Source: Acidobacteriota bacterium | Lineage (GTDB): Bacteria > Acidobacteriota > UBA6911 > JACQSX01 | Direction: 5' to 3' | NCBI GenBank assembly: GCA_036507075.1 | Contig: DASXQR010000013.1 | Coordinates: 1-51,373, forward strand | DNA length: 51,373 nucleotides | In this document: positions 1-10,013 of the stretch, piece by piece | How positions within the stretch are numbered: the first letter of the stretch is position 1 | Layout of the letters: each line of letters starts with the position of its first letter | Program-made: the position numbers and the translations under genes | The notes under the pieces: generated by a model | Told to the model about the DNA's origin: nothing | What the model saw: the letters and a program-made list of their open reading frames with translations, nothing else | The model's database searches: none

Positions 1-366
1 GAGGATTGTGCCGGTTTGCACCACCGTTCCATAGACGCCCGCGTTGTTCTTGTTCAGTCGCACGACTGTCTTCAGCACCCGCGCGTCTTGTGTGCCCGTG
101 TCCGGATCGAGGTTGATCATCATACATCGCACGTCGCGCACCGTCACGCTCACGGCTGGCCTTGGCTCCCTGTCGCCGAACACCAGTGTCCCGCCAACCC
201 ACCCATCCTCGAGAAACGGCTCGGGATTGCCAGTCTCAAGCACAATGTTGGCTCGGAACCGCCGGCGATCGAGATCCACTCCCGCCTCGCGACCGATGCC
301 AGCAATTGTCGCCAGGCTAATCACCGATACAGACGCGTCATCGAAGATCCCGTGCTTGAGCTTCAT
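1..366 (-). pseudogene. MOSC-domain protein, C-terminal part only (5' truncated; runs off the window edge)
   Basis: Not in the ORF track. Manual translation gives MKLKHGIFDDASVSVISLATI...LDRRRFRANIVLET...FLEDGWVG...RDVRCMMINLDPDTG...NAGVYGTVVQTGTI, with the MOSC motifs RFRxN, ED.W and RC. There is an in-frame TGA at 379-381, so the N-terminal region is absent. Confidence 0.8.
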
Positions 367-368
367 CA

Positions 369-653
369 ATTGATGACTTCATTCTCTGGTATTGTTCCGA
401 GCCCCGTCTGTCCTTCAACAAGACCGTGGTAACCCGTCCGAATTCATCTCGAGGAACGCCAGCTCGCTGCTGGAACCATTAATGTCAGACTTGCGGCCGT
501 GCGCAGGCTCGCTTATGCAGCCGACTCCGGCCTACTGAGTCCTGAACTTGCGGTCGCGTGAAGGGAGCGAAGAGGTTGGGAGTGCGCCTTGGCAACTGGC
601 TTACGCCAGAAGAAGCTCGTTCGCTGTGGCAGCTTCCGAGCATTGAGACTTTG
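369..653 (+). pseudogene. Tyrosine recombinase/integrase fragment with frameshifts
   Basis: Joining frames gives IDDFILWYCSEPRLSFNKTVVTR / RIHLEERQLAAGTINVRLAAVRRLAYAADSGLLSPELA / RVKGAKRLGVRLGNWLTPEEARSLWQLP. This resembles the core-binding region of a tyrosine-integrase family. Frame breaks lie near 438 and 553, and no catalytic C-terminus is seen. Confidence 0.75.
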
Positions 654-876
654 TCATCTGTTGCGGCGGCACAACGGCGCGACTTTCGTGCGCCACTGGA
701 AGAGTAGATACCCTCAACAAAATCCACCATCACACCCTGGGCCAGGGTGGCGAGACGATCGCATCTTCTGCGGATGGCCGGATCTCAATTGTTCAGAACT
801 GGCCCGCCTTTCTGGCCCACAAGCGTAACCAATCCCTAATTCGAACTGGGGCCCCTAGTCCCCGAATCAAGTCCCC

Positions 877-2280
877 TCACACTTCCTCCCGAATGACATA
901 CGGGCGACGGTAGGCTCGGGAGAGTAGGGTATCCGCTTCGGGATCGTTGGCAAACTTCTCATAGTCACCCATGAAATTCAAGGAGCGGCCGAGGCGATAC
1001 GAGATATTGGCCAGCAGAGGAAGGGAGGATGAATAGAAACCTTCATTGATGTCGCAGTGCAGGTTTTCATTTCTTCCCGAGCGCACCGCATCCAGGAAAT
1101 TGGCCCAATGATCGCCATCCCGACCTGTTGCACGTTCCTTCGAACCGGCAAAAGGCTCTTGTTCCCGTTCACGGAAAGCTTTCCAGGCAGACCCGCTGAT
1201 TTCGAGCCACCCTTCGGAACCGTAGAAGAGATTCCCTACCTCCTGACCACGGCTTCCTTCATGGTTGGTGTATCGGCCGCGCACTTCAAACTCGAGCATC
1301 CTCCCGTCGCGGTATTTGAACACCGCGGTCTGCGTGTTGGGCGTCTCCTGGAAGGTTCTGTCGCGGCCATATGTCTCCACTCCGCCGTACACCATCCTCC
1401 CGGGGGTCCGGGTCTTACGTTCCTCCTGGTGAAATCCGTAAAGACCACCCGCACTATGGATCGAAACCGGGTGTTCGTTCAGGTTCATTCCCCAGCGGGC
1501 AAGATCGAGCTGGTGCGGCCCCGTGTTTCCGGTGTCTCCGTTTCCGGTATCCCAGTACCAGTGCCAGTTGTAGTGACTGCGTTTTTCGTTGTACGGGCGA
1601 TAAGGCGCTGGCCCCAGCCAACGGTCATAGTGGAAAGTGGCGGGCGGCAGACTGTCCTTGGAAATTCCATACGAATCGCGAGCCTTGAAACAAAGAGCTC
1701 GGGCCATGAAAACCTCTCCGATGCCGCCTTCATGCAGGAATTTGATGGCCTCGATCACATTTGCTGAGGAGCGGTTATTCAACCCGACCTGAACTCTTAC
1801 GTCGTACTTGCGCGCCGCTTCGATCATCTTCCGACCTTCCCAGACATTGTGGGAGGCCGGCTTCTCAACGTAAACATGTTTGCCGGCCTGACAAGCCCAA
1901 ATGGTCGCCAGTGCATGCCAGTGATTCGGCGTGACGATGGATACAGCTTGGATTTCCTTATCGTCCAGTACTCTCTTGAGGTCCCATTGAGTGAGAGGCT
2001 GATTGCCCGTCTTTTGATTGACAATCGCAACCGCGGGCGGGAATAGCCGCTCGTCCGTATCGCAGAGCGTCTTGATAATCACATTCTTGCTGTCTTTGAG
2101 ATCGCAATAACTGTTGATGTGCACGGTGCCCTGGTTCCGGATGCCGATGACTGCCAGGTTGATGCGGTCATTTGCACCCACGATCGCGGCATAGGACTTT
2201 GCGTTGAATCCGATGCTTCCGATTGCCAATCCAGCAGCCCCGGCTACACTCGTCTTGATGAAGTCGCGTCTCTTTGTCAT
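877..2280 (-). CDS. Gfo/Idh/MocA family oxidoreductase, Tat signal
   Basis: Motifs TKRRDFIK (twin-arginine), INLAVIG, TPNHWH, GKHVYVEKP and HYNWHW. Start moved from 2442 to ATG 2280, which is preceded by AAGGGG. Confidence 0.92.
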   Translation of the reverse strand: MTKRRDFIKTSVAGAAGLAIGSIGFNAKSYAAIVGANDRINLAVIGIRNQGTVHINSYCDLKDSKNVIIKTLCDTDERLFPPAVAIVNQKTGNQPLTQWDLKRVLDDKEIQAVSIVTPNHWHALATIWACQAGKHVYVEKPASHNVWEGRKMIEAARKYDVRVQVGLNNRSSANVIEAIKFLHEGGIGEVFMARALCFKARDSYGISKDSLPPATFHYDRWLGPAPYRPYNEKRSHYNWHWYWDTGNGDTGNTGPHQLDLARWGMNLNEHPVSIHSAGGLYGFHQEERKTRTPGRMVYGGVETYGRDRTFQETPNTQTAVFKYRDGRMLEFEVRGRYTNHEGSRGQEVGNLFYGSEGWLEISGSAWKAFREREQEPFAGSKERATGRDGDHWANFLDAVRSGRNENLHCDINEGFYSSSLPLLANISYRLGRSLNFMGDYEKFANDPEADTLLSRAYRRPYVIREEV

Positions 2281-2710
2281 GTTTACAGCCCCTTGAAGAG
2301 CATGCTGGTCGGATCCAAAGGCCGACCCAGCGGTTGAATCCTTCGAATGAGAAATGAGAGAAAGCTCACTCGAGAGATGCGGAACTCGATAATGAGCCAA
2401 TTGTGCAGGATTGGCATGTGAATTCTCCAGTCCTTTTCGCAACTCAAGGCGCAGGAGTACAGTGGGAAGTCGCAGGCGGCAGAACGGCTTTCGAGGTCAG
2501 CCACCGCGGGCCGGAATGCCGCTCCGGTTGGTTTAGCTCGAGTCAAAGCGATTGTGCCAAGTAAACGGCGTTCTGGGAAGTGGCGTCTCTCTGCGGACCG
2601 GTAACATTCGAAGCTGTTGCCCCTTTTTAAGTCCTGTGCGTCTGCCAGGTCCTCTCTGATCTTGCAGATCCTCAAACTACGATGGTAATTCGAGGCCCGT
2701 TTTGCGATCC

Positions 2711-2955
2711 TCATTTGGGAACGTAGTAAAGGTGATAGTGGATTCGGCTTAGGCGGATGCGCCGAACACCGGCCAGAGTCTTGGTGAGCGCCCTTGCGCC
2801 GATATTTGGATGGGCGGCGATCAGTGAGAAGGCCTTGCGAAGCTCTTCTTCGAAAGCTTCAGGCGCGGATGGGCGATTTTCAATCCACCACTTCACCGCT
2901 TCAGCATTTCCCGAGCTGCCCGTCCGGTGACTCGAATGGGAACGTTACGGGTCAA
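2711..2955 (-). pseudogene. RelE/ParE-family toxin, frameshifted and apparently 3' truncated
   Basis: TTG at 2955 overlaps the upstream TGA. MTRNVPIRVTGRAARE then shifts frame near 2906 to AEAVKWWIENRPSAPEAFEEELRKAFSLIAAHPNIG...GVRRIRLSRIHYHLYY. It stops before the usual final strand. Confidence 0.7.
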
Positions 2956-3173
2956 TCGTGCCAGCCAAGATCACGAAAGAGGTCATCCTGCGTGACAACC
3001 TCGCCGCGCTCTGCCTCGGCAATCGATTCCAGAAGGGCCTTTTCTTCGCTTTGCGATAGATGAAATGTTTCATCCCCCTCCGGCGCCAGGACGGTGACTT
3101 TCGCGCCCTCGGCAAGAGGCGGCCCTTCGACCACGATCTTTCCGGCCTTGACCTTCCCCGTAGTCACTCTCAC
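2952..3173 (-). CDS. Putative antitoxin (73 aa)
   Basis: Small protein with acidic C-terminus LLESIAEAERGEVV, translationally coupled to the ParE-like gene. Confidence 0.7.
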   Translation of the reverse strand: MRVTTGKVKAGKIVVEGPPLAEGAKVTVLAPEGDETFHLSQSEEKALLESIAEAERGEVVTQDDLFRDLGWHD

Positions 3174-3448
3174 TGTGTGAAAATTACCTCATCGTTAGTC
3201 TTGACTGGCACAAATCCGCTGGCCCACGAGATTGAGATGAGTCTTCATTTCCAAAGGTCTGGACCTGCGTTACGATGCCAGCCCATGAGATCTACACGAT
3301 ACTTGTAATTATAGTCGCGATTCTGCGAAAGTTTTTTGGAGGGCAGCCACAAACGCCTCAACCAAAAAGGCCCAAGACACCAGGAGCATGTGTTGATGCC
3401 TGAAAGCCGGTGCTGCGGGATCAGGTGCTGTTCGAGGGATTCAACCTG

Positions 3449-4573
3449 ATGTTAATGCACAGACGACGGTTTCTTAGATTGGCCGGACCGCTGGTGTTCG
3501 CTGACACTGCGTGGAGCGGTTTCAGTTGGGGAGCACGGGGCGGGCGGCGACGGACGGTCGTTTCGATTCGAAACGATCGGTTTTTTATTAATGGACGGCC
3601 CACCTATCAGGGACGGCGTCATGAAGGGGTGAAGATCGAAGGCTTATTAATGAACTCGCGCATGGTCCAGGGAATCTTTGATGATCTGAATCCCGAGACA
3701 CGGGCGCGCTGGAGATATCCGGATACGGGAGCATGGGATCCGGAGCGGAACACCCGAGAGTTCTGTGCGGCCATGGCCGGGTGGCGCCAGGCCGGACTGC
3801 TGAGCTTTACGATCAATCTACAGGGCGGAAGCCCGGAAGGATACTCGAACGAACAGCCCTGGCACAACAGCGCCTTTCTCGCCGACGGCTCGCTGCGATC
3901 CGATTACATGCGGCGCCTGGAACGGATATTCAATCGCGCAGATGAATTGGGAATGGCGCCCATCCTCGGCTATTTTTATTTCGGCCAAGACCAGAGGTTG
4001 CGGAACGAAACGGCCGTGAAGCGCGGCGCGACGGAAGCAACGCTATGGCTGTTTCAAAAAAGTTACCGCAACATACTGGTCGAAGTATGCAATGAATGCG
4101 ACAACCGCAAATATGACCACGATATTTTGAAACCGTCGCGGGTTGCTGAATTGATCAATCTGGTCAAATCAATGCGCAGCCGGGGACGGCGCCTGCTGGT
4201 TGGAGTCAGTTTCAATGGTGGCAGTATCCCGCATCGCTCGGTGATTGCCGCTTCCGACTTTCTGCTGCTCCACGGCAACGGCGTGAGCAATCCGCGGCGT
4301 ATCGCACGGATGGTGGAACTCACGCGCCGCGACCCCAGCTACCGTCCGATGCCGATCCTGTTTAATGAGGATGACCATTTTGATTTTGACAAGTCTAGCA
4401 ACAACATGATGGAAGCTTTACGCAGCTATGCCTCGTGGGGCTTCTTTGATCCCGGAAAGAACAACTACTGGGACGGCTATCAATCGCCACCGGTGAACTG
4501 GGGGATCAACGCGGAGCGGAAGAAGGCATTTTTTGCTCTGCTGAGGCGGGTAACCGGAGGCGCCAAAACATGA
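3449..4573 (+). CDS. Exported TIM-barrel protein, glycoside hydrolase clan A-like, substrate unknown
   Basis: HRRRFLRL Tat-like motif; DRFFINGRPTY; RADELGM; EVCNEC (acid/base-like NE); PILFNEDD (nucleophile-like). ATG 3449 follows GAGGG; ATG 3455 is an alternative start. Confidence 0.65.
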   Translation: MLMHRRRFLRLAGPLVFADTAWSGFSWGARGGRRRTVVSIRNDRFFINGRPTYQGRRHEGVKIEGLLMNSRMVQGIFDDLNPETRARWRYPDTGAWDPERNTREFCAAMAGWRQAGLLSFTINLQGGSPEGYSNEQPWHNSAFLADGSLRSDYMRRLERIFNRADELGMAPILGYFYFGQDQRLRNETAVKRGATEATLWLFQKSYRNILVEVCNECDNRKYDHDILKPSRVAELINLVKSMRSRGRRLLVGVSFNGGSIPHRSVIAASDFLLLHGNGVSNPRRIARMVELTRRDPSYRPMPILFNEDDHFDFDKSSNNMMEALRSYASWGFFDPGKNNYWDGYQSPPVNWGINAERKKAFFALLRRVTGGAKT

Positions 4574-5343
4574 AAGTAGCGGCGGCGCTGGTGACGACCT
4601 GGATATTCCTGACTGTTGTGACAGGGCTGTCGGTGGGTTTCTCCTGGCTCACCGCGCTCTCCTGCCTGCTTACCGTCGGTGTGTTGCTCGCGGCTATGCA
4701 GGCCGTCGAGGCTCGCGGTTGGGCGCTGGTCTGGGTACTGTTTGCTTTGTACGGAGGGATTGGCACTGTGAACATCGAAATTGAGGCCGTGGTTTTCCAG
4801 ATCCTTTCCGTCACAACGTCGCTGCACATGTTAGGCACCGGGTTGGCAGTAGCTTTTGCGGTCTGCCTCCTCATGGTGTACATGGCTGGCCGAATACGGT
4901 CGCAGGGCAGCGCGGAAGGACGAACTCCTGCTCATCGACTGGCGGATAACTGGCAATTGCGTGTGCCGATGGCGGCTTTTTGCTACGTGGTGCTGTACTT
5001 CGCTGCCGGCATAACCATTTTTCCCTACGTCCGGCATTTCTATGCCGGAAGGCCGATACCGTCGGGCGGTGTGGTGATTCTCACGCAGTTCGTTCGAGGT
5101 CTGGTCTATGCGGCAGTGATGCTGCCGTTCACGCGCTGGATGTCAGGCCAGCGATGGCGCGCGGGTTGGATGCTGGGTCTCTGTCTGTCGGTGCTGGGAG
5201 GAATCGCCCCGCTGCTGCCGCCCAACGAATACCTGCCTGCCGACCTTCGGCTGGTTCATGCCGTGGAAATCGGCGTTTCCAATTTTTTGTTCGGCGTCAT
5301 CACGGCGCTGTTACTGGTGCGACGCAAAGAGCCCACCGCCTGA
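4570..5343 (+). CDS. Hypothetical multi-pass membrane protein
   Basis: 257 aa with about 8 hydrophobic segments; ATGA overlap with the upstream gene. Confidence 0.75.
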   Translation: MKVAAALVTTWIFLTVVTGLSVGFSWLTALSCLLTVGVLLAAMQAVEARGWALVWVLFALYGGIGTVNIEIEAVVFQILSVTTSLHMLGTGLAVAFAVCLLMVYMAGRIRSQGSAEGRTPAHRLADNWQLRVPMAAFCYVVLYFAAGITIFPYVRHFYAGRPIPSGGVVILTQFVRGLVYAAVMLPFTRWMSGQRWRAGWMLGLCLSVLGGIAPLLPPNEYLPADLRLVHAVEIGVSNFLFGVITALLLVRRKEPTA

Positions 5344-5370
5344 AATTGCGGGCCAGGCGGAGAACTCCTT

Positions 5371-5603
5371 ATGAAAAAGCGGAACTCTGAAACCCAATTT
5401 GGGTTTGTGTGAACAACGAAGACTATAATGCCTCGTTGGAGCTGCGAAAGATCTACCAAGTCGTCCCGGACGCGGGCGCTGCTGCTCACAATTTGCTGCG
5501 AGTGATCGACGAATCCGGTGAGGATTACCTTTACCCTCGACAGTATTTCCGCGTGATTGAATTACCCAAGGATGTGCAAAAGGCTTTGCTGCTGGCATCC
5601 TAA
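5371..5603 (+). pseudogene. Small conserved hypothetical protein (RVIDESGEDYLYP family), 1-nt frameshift
   Basis: ATG 5371 follows GGAG and gives MKKRNSETQF. The frame shifts at about 5401 to VCVNNEDYNASLELRKIYQVVPD...LLRVIDESGEDYLYP. Confidence 0.65.
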
Positions 5604-5656
5604 TCGTATCCCTCTTGTCACCTTTCGGTGCATGGCCGGTGATCCGACAAGTTGAT

Positions 5657-5685
5657 GCGCCACGACCTGACGGATCGCGGTACTG
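5657..5685. repeat. Single REP-like unit, same family as 9623-9740
   Basis: CCTGACGGATCGCGGTACTG is identical to the right arm at 9718-9737. Confidence 0.8.
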
Positions 5686-5805
5686 CGCGCTGCTTCGCAG
5701 CGCTTCCGCACGCCTGAGGCTCTGCCTCACGGTAGTCGCGAGGCGAACGTAGTGAGCGGCACGCCGAATTGGCCAGTAAGCCTGATGCCGCCCGGTTTCG
5801 CCGGC

Positions 5806-8800
5806 TCAGAAAATGAACTTCACGGCCAGTTGGGCCTGGCGGGGGAAGTTGGATTGGAAGACGGTTGCTTTGTTGATCGAGCCGAATTCTGAATTCGTCG
5901 GGGTGCGCTGATAATCTATCCGGTCGTACATCGGTGAATTCAGGACGTTGAAAGCTTCCAGGCGCAGTTGCAGCCGTGTCTTTTCCGTCAGGCGCATGTT
6001 CTTGGCAAAGTTGATGTCAAACAACCGCGCTGACACACGCCGCAGGCCCCAGGCACGCGTCGGGGTGGGATTGGTCTGGTAAGTCTCGACAATCCGGAAA
6101 TTAGCATCGGTGCATCCATACGCCACCGAGTAGGACAACAGCCGGTACTGCCCGAACGTCGGACTGGCTGTGTTTGTGTCCAGTTGCTCCACGCAGGGGC
6201 GCGCACCCTGGATGTACTCGATGCCCGAAATCCAGCGCTTCCGCTCCGCGTCGCTGAGCGACGCATCTTTCAGGTACAGCACATTGTCGGGCAGCGTCCA
6301 GGGCGCTCCGGATTGGACGATGAAAGCGGACGCCATTTCCCAGCCGCCGAAGACACGGTCCAGCACACCGTTCGTGTTTGAAAGGAAGCGGCGCCCCTTC
6401 CCGAACGGCAGATTGTACACGCCGGAAAGCGTCACGCGATGCGGTCGATGAACAGAGGACGGTCCGCGATCGATGATCCGCGCGACGTTATCGGCAAAAC
6501 CAGGCTGATCAATACTCTTGGAGAAGGTGTACGTGCCGTTGAGCGCCAAGCCATGACTGAATCTCTTTCGGGCCGTAACCTGCAGCGAGTCGTACCAGAT
6601 GCGCCGGTCATTGCGCTCGCTTTCCTGAATGTCTTCAAAATGCGGAAACGGCCGCGATAGCTGGAACCGCGATAGCGTGGTACTGGTGAAGAATGTCGTT
6701 CCCTCAAACCCGGGCATCCTGAAGAATGGATTGGGCAAGCGCTCGTCACAGTAGGCGCGATTGCCGCCCTGCCCGATGTCGCACAGGTTGCGGAATGCCA
6801 GAGGAGGTTCGTTGATCGCGCCAAAGGTGGCCTGTCCTTTATAGGTTCGACTGCCGACATAGCTGGCTTCCAGAACCGTATTCCATGGAAGTTTTCTTTG
6901 AATGCCCAAAGAGAAGTTGTGAACGTACGGCAAGTCGAAGTTCGGATTGGCGTAGCCGATATCTCGACCGAGGAAGGTCGCCAGGCCGGCCGACTGAGCC
7001 TGCGGAACTATGATTCCGTTCGGGAAGAGATCGCCAAAAGCGGTTTGAGGCGTGCGGCCGCCATCGATGGAGTTGGTGATGTTGGTTCTGACACTGAAGC
7101 CCTGGTTCCAACCGGTGCCGGTCGGATTCATGTAGTACATGCCGAATCCGCCGCGCAGCACTGTATCGTTGCCCAGGCGATAGGCGAATCCAAAGCGCGG
7201 CTGGAGGTTGTTCTTATCCAGTTTCCACGGCGTGTCGGGGGCGCCATCTACTCCCGTAAACAGCAGCCCTCCGCGGATCTGCGCCAGTTCCGGGAATCTG
7301 GTTTTATCGACGAGCTGCGCGACGGGATTAATCACGCCGGGATCGAACTTGTAATTCTGCCGGCGGTGTCTTTCTTTGATGGGTGTGTTGAGGTCCCAGC
7401 GCACGCCGAAATTCAGCGTCAGGCGTTTGGTCACTTTCCAGTCATCCTGGAACCAGGGCGCGTAGTACTTCCACATAAAGATCGGAAAAACGTTGTAGTC
7501 GACAAACCCTCCGCCGATCGCGCCGAGCAAAAACGAGGCGATCGAGTTTCCGGCCAGAGTCTCGCCGCGGTTGTATTGACGCTGTGTAAAACCGCGGTTG
7601 AAATCCAGTCGCATGCCGCCCGCGCCGCTGGCTTGACGGGAATACTGCGACAGACGCATGTCAAGTCCGTAGCGGATCGTGTGGGAGCGCTGCGTCCATG
7701 CAACATTGGGCTGGAACGTGAAGAAGTTGGAAGGTTCCACGTCGAAGTTGCCGCGGCCCGTCGTGATATAGTCGGTGGCCCTGATTTCCGGGAAGATCTT
7801 GACGGGAAGCTGATCGACCAGCGACTTGGGAAATCCGAGAAGTGTCGCATCGAACCCGATTCCCACCTGCGCCTTCTCCACTTCCACAAAACGATTGGCC
7901 GAAGCGCGCAGATTCAGAATCCGATTACGGCCAAAGGTGTGGACCCAATCAACGACGCCGCTGTAATTGGTGCGGATCAAAGGCAACTGCCCGGCCTGGC
8001 CGGGTCCATCATGAATGCCGTTGGTCCAGCGCATTTCGGTTCGCGTGTTGTAGCCGTAGCGGACAAACATTCGATCCTTCTCACTCACGACCTCGTCAAA
8101 TTTGAATACCCAGTTATAAAACCGATCGCGCGCAATGTTGGGGATGTCGCCGTAGTTGTTGCGCCACGGGTCGACGCCCGGAGTGACCACATTCGGCTTG
8201 GGATAAAACGGAATGAGTTTCTGCGCCAGGACATGAATTCGCTGAGACGGGATGATGTTGTTGGGGAAGGGGTCCCGAATCCACTGGCCGCTGACGTCGC
8301 GACCCGTCGCCGGGTCGTAGATGACGATCTGTTCTCCCCGCGCAGTCTTCAGCTCCCTGAAGTCACCGCGGAGAAAGGCGTCCATCGGAACGGTCCGGAC
8401 CGCGGGGTTAGGACTCCCTTCGCGGTAACCTTCGAAATTGAAAAGAAAGAACGTTCGATTGCGGCCGTTGTAGAGCTTGGGAATCCAAACCGGCCCGTCG
8501 AGCTGGATTCCATACTGGTCGAGAAAATGTTCCGCTTTGACCAGCGTTCCGTCGGGCGCGGGAGCGCGGCCGGCCGGGATGCCCCGGGTGTTTGCAATCA
8601 GGTTATTGGCATCCAGGAAATTGCGGCGTGCGAATTCGTACACAGAACCATGCAGGTGCTTGGTGCCTGACTTCAGCGAAACGTTGATCACGCCTCCGGC
8701 GGTTCGCCCGTACTGGGCGTCATAGGAATTCGTCATGATTTTGAATTCCTGCACCGAATCCACGGGCGGCACAAAGGCGATGTTATTTCCACCTGCAATC

Positions 8801-9417
8801 GCGTTGTTGGGAGCGCCATCCAGCAGGAATTCGTTGTTCTTCACCTGGCCGCCATTGACGGACCACTCCGCAATCGCGCCGTTATCGAACGGGCGCTGGT
8901 AAATGGTCGCGCCTTCGTAGGTCACCCCGGCGGCGAGCATGGAGAGCATGAAAGGGTTGCGGGCGTTCAGCGGCAGTTCAGTGACATGCTGGTTGTCGAT
9001 CACCGTGCCGCGGTCGCCTTTGCTGTCGTCCATCAGCGGCTCGTCGGAAGTAACGACGACCGCGTCGATCACTTCACCCACCTGAAGCTGAATGTCGATG
9101 GTGGCCGTCTGGCTGACCGAAAGCTCCAGCTTGTCGCGTTTTACAGTCTTGAATCCGGGTATTTCGGCGGTGATGGAATAGAGACCGGGCTTCAAGAAGG
9201 GAATGCTGTAATCGCCTGAGTCGGTCGTGACGGCTGTCGCCGTTTCATTGCTTTGCAGGTTTCGCGCCGTAACACTGACGCCCGGCACAGCCAAACCGGT
9301 CGGATCGGTCACCCGTCCCGTTACCGTGGCGCGAAACTCCTGAGCCGACGCCGTTGCGGCCAGGGCTCCCAGTATCAAGGGGACAGCACTTATCCGGAAG
9401 CTATACCAATTGAACAT
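5806..9417 (-). CDS. TonB-dependent receptor with N-terminal carboxypeptidase-regulatory-like domain (Oar type)
   Basis: Signal peptide ending ASA-Q; VTGRVTDPTG; LPLNARN; EFLLDGAPN; DSVQEFKI; AQYGRTAGGVIN; C-terminal PRQAQLAVKFIF. ATG 9417 follows GGAGGTG. Confidence 0.95.
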   Translation of the reverse strand: MFNWYSFRISAVPLILGALAATASAQEFRATVTGRVTDPTGLAVPGVSVTARNLQSNETATAVTTDSGDYSIPFLKPGLYSITAEIPGFKTVKRDKLELSVSQTATIDIQLQVGEVIDAVVVTSDEPLMDDSKGDRGTVIDNQHVTELPLNARNPFMLSMLAAGVTYEGATIYQRPFDNGAIAEWSVNGGQVKNNEFLLDGAPNNAIAGGNNIAFVPPVDSVQEFKIMTNSYDAQYGRTAGGVINVSLKSGTKHLHGSVYEFARRNFLDANNLIANTRGIPAGRAPAPDGTLVKAEHFLDQYGIQLDGPVWIPKLYNGRNRTFFLFNFEGYREGSPNPAVRTVPMDAFLRGDFRELKTARGEQIVIYDPATGRDVSGQWIRDPFPNNIIPSQRIHVLAQKLIPFYPKPNVVTPGVDPWRNNYGDIPNIARDRFYNWVFKFDEVVSEKDRMFVRYGYNTRTEMRWTNGIHDGPGQAGQLPLIRTNYSGVVDWVHTFGRNRILNLRASANRFVEVEKAQVGIGFDATLLGFPKSLVDQLPVKIFPEIRATDYITTGRGNFDVEPSNFFTFQPNVAWTQRSHTIRYGLDMRLSQYSRQASGAGGMRLDFNRGFTQRQYNRGETLAGNSIASFLLGAIGGGFVDYNVFPIFMWKYYAPWFQDDWKVTKRLTLNFGVRWDLNTPIKERHRRQNYKFDPGVINPVAQLVDKTRFPELAQIRGGLLFTGVDGAPDTPWKLDKNNLQPRFGFAYRLGNDTVLRGGFGMYYMNPTGTGWNQGFSVRTNITNSIDGGRTPQTAFGDLFPNGIIVPQAQSAGLATFLGRDIGYANPNFDLPYVHNFSLGIQRKLPWNTVLEASYVGSRTYKGQATFGAINEPPLAFRNLCDIGQGGNRAYCDERLPNPFFRMPGFEGTTFFTSTTLSRFQLSRPFPHFEDIQESERNDRRIWYDSLQVTARKRFSHGLALNGTYTFSKSIDQPGFADNVARIIDRGPSSVHRPHRVTLSGVYNLPFGKGRRFLSNTNGVLDRVFGGWEMASAFIVQSGAPWTLPDNVLYLKDASLSDAERKRWISGIEYIQGARPCVEQLDTNTASPTFGQYRLLSYSVAYGCTDANFRIVETYQTNPTPTRAWGLRRVSARLFDINFAKNMRLTEKTRLQLRLEAFNVLNSPMYDRIDYQRTPTNSEFGSINKATVFQSNFPRQAQLAVKFIF

Positions 9418-9450
9418 CCCCACCTCCCGTTATTGATTGCGGTGAAGGTA

Positions 9451-9479
9451 ATGTTAGCGAGAAGTGGTGGCATTCACAA
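9451..9479 (-). promoter_or_regulatory. Sigma70-type promoter of the TonB-dependent receptor
   Basis: TTGTGA (9479-9474), 17-nt spacer, TAACAT (9456-9451); conserved in the duplicate at 11757-11785. Confidence 0.6.
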
Positions 9480-9510
9480 TATGGCAATGAGCGTCCGGGG
9501 CGCCAGTGCC

Positions 9511-9590
9511 GGGAAAGCGGGAGAGTGGGAGAGCGGGAGAGCGGGAGAGTGGGAGAGCGGGAGAGTGGGAGAGTGGGAGAGCGGGAGAGT
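9511..9590. repeat. Octamer tandem repeat (GGGAGAGY) x10
   Basis: Read directly; the first unit is GGGAAAGC. Confidence 0.95.
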
Positions 9591-9622
9591 GGAGTACTGC
9601 AGAGCCCTGTCACGACACTCAT

Positions 9623-9740
9623 CAACAGTACCGCGATCCGTCAGGTCGCGGCGCGCCAGAGGCGGTCAGTCACAGCGCTCCACAGCAGAGCAGGCGACTA
9701 CATCTGGTGCGCCGGGTCCTGACGGATCGCGGTACTGTTG
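9623..9740. repeat. REP-doublet (REPIN-like) inverted repeat, 38-bp arms
   Basis: CAACAGTACCGCGATCCGTCAGGTCGCGGCGCGCCAGA pairs with 9703-9740 with 3 mismatches. Confidence 0.9.
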
Positions 9741-9884
9741 TCCAGGGACGTGGAATCTGGCTGCAACTGCATCTGATTCGCAGGTATGATCCAAATCCCT
9801 GGGCCGGGCGCTTCCGCGCCCCGCTTCCGATGTGGGTATTCAGCAGCCTGCTTGACGCAAACCCACCACGCTCGGAACACACAG

Positions 9885-9937
9885 GCTTTGTCGCTCCAAA
9901 AACCAGGGTAGCGGCACTAGTTTCGGAGCGACAAAGC
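9885..9937. repeat. Hairpin repeat related to 26718-26773
   Basis: GCTTTGTCGCTCCAAAAACCAG...CTAGTTTCGGAGCGACAAAGC shares CTAGTTTCGGAGCGAC with the second copy. Confidence 0.8.
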
Positions 9938-10013
9938 TGGAATGATTCCGGCAAAATGACCTGTCCAGGCTGGCCCGACCGGCCTTCTGACAGTCGGTCT
10001 TTCTTCTCAACGA

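Noticed and set aside
16..432. 138-aa plus-strand ORF
   Set aside because: Shadow of the minus-strand MOSC fragment.
2283..2714. 143-aa ORF and TGGCA motifs as a possible sigma54 promoter
   Set aside because: No protein motifs, and no TTGC at the required spacing.
6898..8670. 590-aa plus-strand ORF
   Set aside because: Antisense shadow of the TonB-dependent receptor with no recognisable motifs.
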